A stretch of DNA of 64,000 nucleotides, from positions 314,188 through 378,187 of the forward strand of contig CAZIEY010000001.1 in the NCBI GenBank assembly GCA_964538855.1. Reading direction: 5' to 3'. The notes under the pieces were generated by a model. That model did not search any database. It had not been told where the DNA came from and saw only the letters and a list, made by a program, of their open reading frames with translations. Source of the DNA: an uncultured Candidatus Saccharibacteria bacterium. GTDB taxonomy: Bacteria; Patescibacteriota; Minisyncoccia; Phycocordibacterales; JAACPR01. The position numbers and the translations under genes are program-made. Below, piece by piece: positions 58,040-64,000 of the stretch. How positions within the stretch are numbered: position 1 is the stretch's first letter; each line of letters begins with the position of its first letter.

Positions 58040-59215
58040 ATGATGCCATTCGAACAACCATCTTCAGATGAAAAACCTATTCGCATAGATCCGGAATCTG
58101 CCGCATATAAAAAGCTATATCGAGAAGGTGTTGATATGCCTATGGATGCAATCGACAAAAGTATTTTGCGTATTTTAAAGGCGGCTTGTGCATATGTATC
58201 TCAATCCGTTGATGGTATAAACGAATCTATTAAAGAAATTGACGAAGATGAAGTGCTTCCAATGGTTAATGAGGCAGACGCTCTACACATAATGTTTGAT
58301 TCCAGAAAACCAGAGGCTTATGATGTGCTCATGAATTTTTTTCGAAATAACCTACATTTTTCAGACAGAGATACGCTAGAGAAATTTGAGAGAAGGTTAG
58401 AATCAATCCCTATGCTTGATAGTTATACTCCGGCAGATTTCGCATGGATTGATGAGTCTGCGGGTATTGCACCCGATGATCATGAAACAGCACATGTGTG
58501 GTTCAGAGATAAATTACAAGATACTATTCGAGCACGAGGTAAGTTTCAAGTACCACCAGAGATACCAATGGAAAATTTAGTTATTAGTTTGATGAATTAT
58601 GTGGAAGAAGTAAAGAAAGATTTTCCTGAATCTTCAGCTACGATTCGACAGGCTGAAGATATGTTCCTTAGATTTTCATCTGAGGGAGACAGCATAATAA
58701 AAGATGTTCTACGTCATCAAAAATATCAAACACCTGATTTACAAGGGGTGGCATATGCTACATTACGTAAAATGTCCATGCTTCTAACTGCGTTAAGAGT
58801 GGCCTTACGTGAAGGCAGTGATTTTGATACCTTTCTATCAGCAGATCAAATCTTAATACAGACAGATTTGTCGGAAGTTCTACGTCAATTTACGAGAGAT
58901 ATTTCTAAAGCACAACGTGAGCGTGCTAATATTGAAATACCATCATATTTACAAAGATTACGTAATGATACACGTAATCACATAGCTAATCTTTGCGCCA
59001 ATGTTGCTACTGGACGTAATATTAAAGATACTTTGACTAGGGAACAAAATCAGGAGATCAAAAAAACATTGGAGAATGTTTTGAATTACACAGAAGCTTT
59101 ATGCTATCCAGGCGATTTATTATGTAAAAGAGAACTTTCGAAAGCATTTGCCGTGATTGATGATGGTGAAATCATGCATAAATTATCAGAAATATATAGA
59201 TTATACAAGGATTAA
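58040..59215 (+). CDS. Hypothetical helical protein (391 aa)
   Basis: Long ORF after TATAAT; no family recognised. Confidence 0.7.
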   Translation: MMPFEQPSSDEKPIRIDPESAAYKKLYREGVDMPMDAIDKSILRILKAACAYVSQSVDGINESIKEIDEDEVLPMVNEADALHIMFDSRKPEAYDVLMNFFRNNLHFSDRDTLEKFERRLESIPMLDSYTPADFAWIDESAGIAPDDHETAHVWFRDKLQDTIRARGKFQVPPEIPMENLVISLMNYVEEVKKDFPESSATIRQAEDMFLRFSSEGDSIIKDVLRHQKYQTPDLQGVAYATLRKMSMLLTALRVALREGSDFDTFLSADQILIQTDLSEVLRQFTRDISKAQRERANIEIPSYLQRLRNDTRNHIANLCANVATGRNIKDTLTREQNQEIKKTLENVLNYTEALCYPGDLLCKRELSKAFAVIDDGEIMHKLSEIYRLYKD

Positions 59216-59257
59216 TTCAGTCTTTACTTTCCTCCATTTTCTGGTAATCTTTACCCC

Positions 59258-59761
59258 ATGTCGAAAAAAGAAACCAAAACGACTGAAAACGCACAGCTCT
59301 ACGAGCTTGGATTTCACATCAATCCGACATTAGCCGAAGATAAGGCTGATGCCGTGTTTTCTAAAATTAAGGGTGTGATTACTAGTAACAAAGGGGAAGT
59401 AGTCAAAGAAGGGGCTTTAAAAAACATCAAATTCGCATACACAATCATCAAAAAGATTGAAGGTGTAAACGAGCGATTTACAAATGGATATTTCGGTTGG
59501 GTAAAATTCAACGCAGAATCTCCAGTCATTGAAAAAATCAAAAAATCAATGGATGATAATGTGTCTGTTATTCGATACATCTTCGTGAAAACGGTAGATG
59601 ATTTTGAACACAGCACCGAAAAATTGGCGGCTGAAATGACCGAAACAACAGACGAATCTTCAGAAGGAGAAGAGAAATCTGACGAAAAATCTGAAACTTC
59701 AAAGGCCAAAGATTCTTCAAAAGACGAAGTAGACAAAGCGATCGACAAGATTACTGAATAA
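59258..59761 (+). CDS. rpsF: 30S ribosomal protein S6 with acidic tail
   Basis: YELGF, FAY.I.K and VIRY motifs; rpsF-ssb-rpsR order. Confidence 0.9.
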   Translation: MSKKETKTTENAQLYELGFHINPTLAEDKADAVFSKIKGVITSNKGEVVKEGALKNIKFAYTIIKKIEGVNERFTNGYFGWVKFNAESPVIEKIKKSMDDNVSVIRYIFVKTVDDFEHSTEKLAAEMTETTDESSEGEEKSDEKSETSKAKDSSKDEVDKAIDKITE

Positions 59762-59823
59762 AGTCTAAAGAAATTATAAAGTTTTTTGTTGACGACCTAG
59801 TCGCATTCTGACACACTATACGC

Positions 59824-60279
59824 ATGTACTTAAATAAAGCAATAATCATTGGAAACTTAACACGAGATCCTGAGAAAAAAGCATTACCATCAGGAATCGC
59901 TGTTACTTCTTTCAGTGTCGCGACAAATCGCACTTATAAGGATAAAAATGGGGCAAAGCAGGACGCAACTGAATTTCACAACATTGTGGTCTTTGGACGT
60001 CAGGCTGAAACCGCAGGGCAATATTTAAAGAAGGGTCAGAGTGTGCTCGTCGAGGGTCGCTTACAAACACGAAGTTGGGAACAGGACGGTGTTAAAAAAT
60101 ACAGAACAGAGATTCTCGCAAGTACAATCCAATTTGGTCCAAAGGCAGGTGCCAGCGGAGCAGCAGGTGGAGCTGGACAAAGCGGGCCGTCAAAATCTGA
60201 AGCACAACCGAGCCCAGCAAGTGAAGACGCAATTGAATATCCGGAGGACGAAATTAATCCAGAGGATATTCCATTCTAA
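59824..60279 (+). CDS. ssb: Single-stranded DNA-binding protein
   Basis: NK..IIGNLTRDPE, VEGRLQTRSW and C-terminal DIPF. Confidence 0.97.
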   Translation: MYLNKAIIIGNLTRDPEKKALPSGIAVTSFSVATNRTYKDKNGAKQDATEFHNIVVFGRQAETAGQYLKKGQSVLVEGRLQTRSWEQDGVKKYRTEILASTIQFGPKAGASGAAGGAGQSGPSKSEAQPSPASEDAIEYPEDEINPEDIPF

Positions 60280-60299
60280 ATTAATTCAAATCAATCAAT

Positions 60300-60500
60300 A
60301 TGAAAGAGTGTTATTTCAAGAAGAACAACGTGTATCATATCGACTACAAGGACACCGCAGTACTTAAACAATTCATCAACCCACACGGTCGAATTCTCGG
60401 TACAAAGCGAACTTCAGTCAGCGCAAAGAATCAGCGAAATCTGGCTATGGCCATCAAACGCGCGCGATTCATGGCGTTACTACCATTCGTAGAACGATAG
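60300..60500 (+). CDS. rpsR: 30S ribosomal protein S18
   Basis: IDYKD...L and QR.LA.AIKRAR.MALLPF motifs. Confidence 0.96.
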   Translation: MKECYFKKNNVYHIDYKDTAVLKQFINPHGRILGTKRTSVSAKNQRNLAMAIKRARFMALLPFVER

Positions 60501-60503
60501 CAT

Positions 60504-60545
60504 AAAATAAAAAAACCGCCGGTTGATTGGCGGTTTTTTTATTTT
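60504..60545. terminator. Bidirectional terminator
   Basis: AAAATAAAAAAACCGCC...GGCGGTTTTTTTATTTT between convergent rpsR and efp. Confidence 0.85.
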
Positions 60546-60548
60546 ATG

Positions 60549-61139
60549 CTACTTTTGCACCCGCTCTACATACTCGCCAGTCTCGGTATTAACACGCACA
60601 ATTTCGCCTTCGGTAATGAAAATTGGGGCATTTACAGTGGCACCAGTTTCGAGCGTGATGATTTTGGTGATTGCGCCGGCAGTGTTACCACGAGTCGCTG
60701 GAGGGGCGTCAGTCACCTTTAATTCGACTTTAATAGGGACTTTAACACCAAACACCTTATCATCAAAGAGGAGGGCATCAACCTCAGAATTGGCCTTCAT
60801 GAATTTTGAAGCATCACCAATGAGGGCTTCAACTAGAAAGAAACGCTGCGCAGGATTATTGATCTCACAGAACCAATACTCCGTGACTTCGGTCTGGCGG
60901 TTTTCTTTTTTGTACATGAATTTGATTTTGCGCTTATCAATTTCAGCCTCCTCGATAGTGTCAGCACCGTGAAAGGTTTGGTTTGTTACGCTACCGTTCA
61001 AAAGATTTCGCAATTTCGTCTGATTAACCGGTTTGCGCATTTGTTTGCGAAAAACGTGCGAACTTAGGACTTCGTAGGGTTGACCCTCCAAGATGATATA
61101 TTTTCGCTCTTTAACTTCGTTGTAACTTAACATTGCCAT
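60549..61139 (-). CDS. efp: Elongation factor P
   Basis: V.QTKLRNL..G, PP..RGNT, LETGA.V.AP.FI..GE and T.TGEYVER motifs. Confidence 0.93.
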   Translation of the reverse strand: MAMLSYNEVKERKYIILEGQPYEVLSSHVFRKQMRKPVNQTKLRNLLNGSVTNQTFHGADTIEEAEIDKRKIKFMYKKENRQTEVTEYWFCEINNPAQRFFLVEALIGDASKFMKANSEVDALLFDDKVFGVKVPIKVELKVTDAPPATRGNTAGAITKIITLETGATVNAPIFITEGEIVRVNTETGEYVERVQK

Positions 61140-61171
61140 ATAATCGTTTGGTTTAAAGTTTATTTCAGTAA

Positions 61172-62221
61172 TTATGCCGCTTCTGCCATCTTTTTATCTA
61201 TTTCGCGTAGTATATCATTAGCAATTTTTTGGTTTTCTTGCAAGAAGGTACGCGTTGCATCGTAACCTCGTCCTAATTTTACATCACCGTATGCGTAACT
61301 CGCACCAGATTTTGAGACGATGCCATATTTTTCACCAAGCGCAATGATCTCGCCTTCACGAGAGATACCTTCGTTATACATCAAGTCGAACTCGGTTTGT
61401 TTGAATGGGGCAGCGACCTTGTTTTTGACGACTTTGACGCGAACGCGGCCGCCCATGATTTCTTCGCCTTTTTTAATTTGGGCAATACGACGGATGTCGA
61501 GGCGAACCGAAGTGTAGAATTTCAAAGCCTTTCCGCCCGGGGTAGTCTCTGGGTTACCAAACATCACACCAATTTGCATACGAATTTGGTTGATGAAAAT
61601 GACGACGGTTTTTGATTTCGCTACAATCGCTGTCAATTTTCGCAAAGCTTGTGACATAAGGCGCGCTTGCTTACCAACGTGATGAGCACCCATATCTCCC
61701 TCGATTTCATCTTTTGGGGTCAGAGCTGCGACCGAGTCAATCACCACCACATCGATTTTTCCAGTTCGCACGAGGCTCTCTACGATTTCGAGAGATTGTT
61801 CGCCAGTGTCAGGTTGAGAAATCAGCAATTCATCCAATTTCACACCAATCTTTTTTGCATATTCTGGATCGAGTGCATGCTCGGCATCAACGAATGCACA
61901 GACACCGTTTTGTTTTTGTGATTCAGCAATGATGTGGAGCGAAAGGGTAGTCTTGCCTGATGATTCCGGTCCAAAGATTTCGAGAATTCTGCCTCGAGGC
62001 ACACCGCCGATCCCAAGTGCCTTGTCCAAACCTATTGATCCTGTTGGAATGACATCGACATTAACACGTCGAGAATCCCCGAGTTTCATAATAGAGTCCT
62101 CGCCGAACTTTGTTTTAATTTCCGACAAAGTATCTTCGATTTTCGAATTTTTCTCCTCTTTATTTTTAGTCTTATCGCTCGCAACGACCGCTGGTTTTTG
62201 TGTTTTTGGTTTTTTTTGCAT
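61172..62221 (-). CDS. recA: Recombinase A
   Basis: [28 protein letters not shown] and GGKALKFY motifs. Confidence 0.99.
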   Translation of the reverse strand: MQKKPKTQKPAVVASDKTKNKEEKNSKIEDTLSEIKTKFGEDSIMKLGDSRRVNVDVIPTGSIGLDKALGIGGVPRGRILEIFGPESSGKTTLSLHIIAESQKQNGVCAFVDAEHALDPEYAKKIGVKLDELLISQPDTGEQSLEIVESLVRTGKIDVVVIDSVAALTPKDEIEGDMGAHHVGKQARLMSQALRKLTAIVAKSKTVVIFINQIRMQIGVMFGNPETTPGGKALKFYTSVRLDIRRIAQIKKGEEIMGGRVRVKVVKNKVAAPFKQTEFDLMYNEGISREGEIIALGEKYGIVSKSGASYAYGDVKLGRGYDATRTFLQENQKIANDILREIDKKMAEAA

Positions 62222-62287
62222 AGTCTTATTATACTGATCCTGTGTGAAGAAACTTTAAAAGAAGTCTAAAGAAATTATGAAATTCGT

Positions 62288-62680
62288 TTAGATTTCTTCT
62301 AAAGTCGCCTCAATTTTTACTGCGGGCTTATCGGTCTTATAAAATAAGTCCAATCGCTCGCTTATGTGCCTATCGAACTTATCTTCTGCTTCAATCATGA
62401 TTATATTATAACCGGGGACAAGGAGCAAAGATTCCTTGAAATTGCCGCTCTCATCAATCAAAATCGGTCTGTCATTGATGGAAATAGAGCTCGTGTGTTC
62501 GGTATTTCCAATAATTTCCACTATATTTTTATCTGTACTACTGCCATTTTCTGGGGAAGATACGTTGATTTTTGGGCCCGCAATAAAAACCCGGGAATTA
62601 AAGAAAACATACGACACCACCATGACAATTGCAATAAGAGCTAGGATAATTCTCACAAATGCCGGGGTGTGCTTACTCAT
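62288..62680 (-). CDS. Membrane-anchored Ig-like small protein
   Basis: TM followed by GP.I...SP.NG...G.F...L.L..G.N.I.I.A.D. Confidence 0.75.
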   Translation of the reverse strand: MSKHTPAFVRIILALIAIVMVVSYVFFNSRVFIAGPKINVSSPENGSSTDKNIVEIIGNTEHTSSISINDRPILIDESGNFKESLLLVPGYNIIMIEAEDKFDRHISERLDLFYKTDKPAVKIEATLEEI

Positions 62681-62682
62681 AT

Positions 62683-64000
62683 CTATCGATTAAGGCTTTC
62701 TTCATCCGTATGTTCCATTTCAACTTCGTCACCATCGTTTGTGCTTTCACTAGGAGATGTTTTTCCTCCTCCAACCAGAATTTCCCGAGGTTTCGAGCCA
62801 TTTGCTGGCCCGATGACGCCTTTTTCTTCGAGAAGGTCAATTAATTTCGCAGCACGGGAATAGCCGACCCCTAATTTTCGTTGCAAGTAGCTGGTAGAAG
62901 CCTTACCTGCTCCGACCACTACTTCTTTAGCTTCGCCATACAATTCGTCATCATCCGCGTCTTCATCAGCACTGCCGACTGAATCGAAAATATTGTTTCG
63001 CTCGTTAACACCTTCTAAATCGATGTTACTTTCCGGCACTTCGTTTTGATATTGATCAACGAGGAATTTCACGACAGTTTTAATCTCGTCTTCGGAAATG
63101 AACGCAGATTGAATACGTCGAGGTTGCGCCATGTCTCCACCGAGGAAGAGCATATCACCCTGACCGAGCAATTTTTCCGCACCCGGTTGGTCCAAAATGG
63201 TTCGTGAGTCGATTTGCGATGCAACCTGGAGGGCAACACGAGTCGGAACGTTCGCTTTGATGAGACCTGTAATGACGTTTACGCTTGGACGTTGTGTTGA
63301 AATGATGAGGTGAATACCAATAGCTCGAGACATTTGAGCAAGTCGCACAATTCCAGATTCCAATTCACGCGGATAGGTTTGCATAATATCTGCCAATTCA
63401 TCGATAACAATCACGATAAAAGGCATAGTCTCGGGTAGTTCTGGAGCAGGTTCACCCTCGATACGGATTTCTTTTTTAGCCTTCTCCATAGCAGGGGTCA
63501 ATATTTTTGCGTGATATGAGGAAATATCGCGTACGCCGTAACCTTGTAGTACATCATATCGTCTGTCCATTTCTTTTGCAGCCCATTTGAGCGAAAGAAT
63601 GGTTTTCTTGGCGTCAGTAATAACAGGTGTCAGTAGGTGTGGAATTTTGTTGTAGAGAGTTAATTCGACGCGCTTTGGGTCGATCATAATAAATTTGAGC
63701 AAGTCCGGTGAATTTTTGAAGAGGAGGGAAGTAATGAGTGTATGAATAGTCACTGATTTTCCAGAACCAGTTGCACCAGCAATCAGCATGTGAGGGGCTT
63801 TACCAAGGTCGGTGAAATGCGAATGACCTGTGACACCTTTACCAAGTCCGATCATGAGAGGTTTGTGCGACTCTTGGAATTCGGCCTGTTTGAGTAATGT
63901 CCCAAGCCCAACCTTGGTCTTTGAGGTATTCGGAATTTCGATACCCACAAGAGATTTGCCGGGAATTGGTGCTTCGATACGAATAGGATGGGCCGCAAGT
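62683..64000 (-). CDS. ftsK: DNA translocase FtsK/SpoIIIE (5' part outside the window)
   Basis: IRIEAPIPGKS.VGIE, PH.LIAGATGSGKS, IDELAD, TQRPS and gamma domain; frame is open to the window edge. Confidence 0.97.
   Translation of the reverse strand, partial: LAAHPIRIEAPIPGKSLVGIEIPNTSKTKVGLGTLLKQAEFQESHKPLMIGLGKGVTGHSHFTDLGKAPHMLIAGATGSGKSVTIHTLITSLLFKNSPDLLKFIMIDPKRVELTLYNKIPHLLTPVITDAKKTILSLKWAAKEMDRRYDVLQGYGVRDISSYHAKILTPAMEKAKKEIRIEGEPAPELPETMPFIVIVIDELADIMQTYPRELESGIVRLAQMSRAIGIHLIISTQRPSVNVITGLIKANVPTRVALQVASQIDSRTILDQPGAEKLLGQGDMLFLGGDMAQPRRIQSAFISEDEIKTVVKFLVDQYQNEVPESNIDLEGVNERNNIFDSVGSADEDADDDELYGEAKEVVVGAGKASTSYLQRKLGVGYSRAAKLIDLLEEKGVIGPANGSKPREILVGGGKTSPSESTNDGDEVEMEHTDEESLNR

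Noticed and set aside
1-64000. CRISPR array, rRNA, prophage or transposase
   Set aside because: No regularly spaced repeats, rRNA-like tracts, cas, phage structural, integrase or transposase ORFs recognised
1-64000. Alternative genetic code (UGA=Gly, as in Gracilibacteria)
   Set aside because: Core genes are full length in code 11, and TGA ends genes such as 17103 and 58020

Overview
A 64 kb chromosomal segment that looks like a Patescibacteria/CPR genome, most likely Parcubacteria. The indicators are secE-nusG-rplK without rplA, rpsF-ssb-rpsR without rplI, two type IV pilus modules, a DUF87/VirB4-like ATPase and many ORFans; it uses the standard code 11. Housekeeping content includes argS, ileS, glyQS, metG, efp, recA, recO, a partial ftsK, a thymidylate/folate cluster (folA-dcd-thyA divergent from glyA-tmk-dut, with folD nearby) and five tRNAs (Arg-GCG, Ser-TGA, Arg-TCT, Val-TAC, His-GTG). 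The most notable unannotated signals are: (1) an apparently complete ribosome-mediated attenuator, with a 28-aa Tyr/Phe-containing leader peptide and mutually exclusive antiterminator/terminator, upstream of a TyrA-chorismate mutase fusion and an aminotransferase; (2) several 120-210 bp non-coding structured elements, including a 65-nt core present twice inside different long hairpin arms after rplS and rplK, and an element bounded by a duplicated tRNA-Arg 3' end; (3) IleRS with an inserted histidine-phosphatase domain; (4) pervasive leaderless gene architecture, contrasting with a class of solitary SD-led ORFans; (5) Zur-like boxes before a CooC-like ATPase. All calls come from reading the sequence and recognising motifs; no database search or RNA folding was run.
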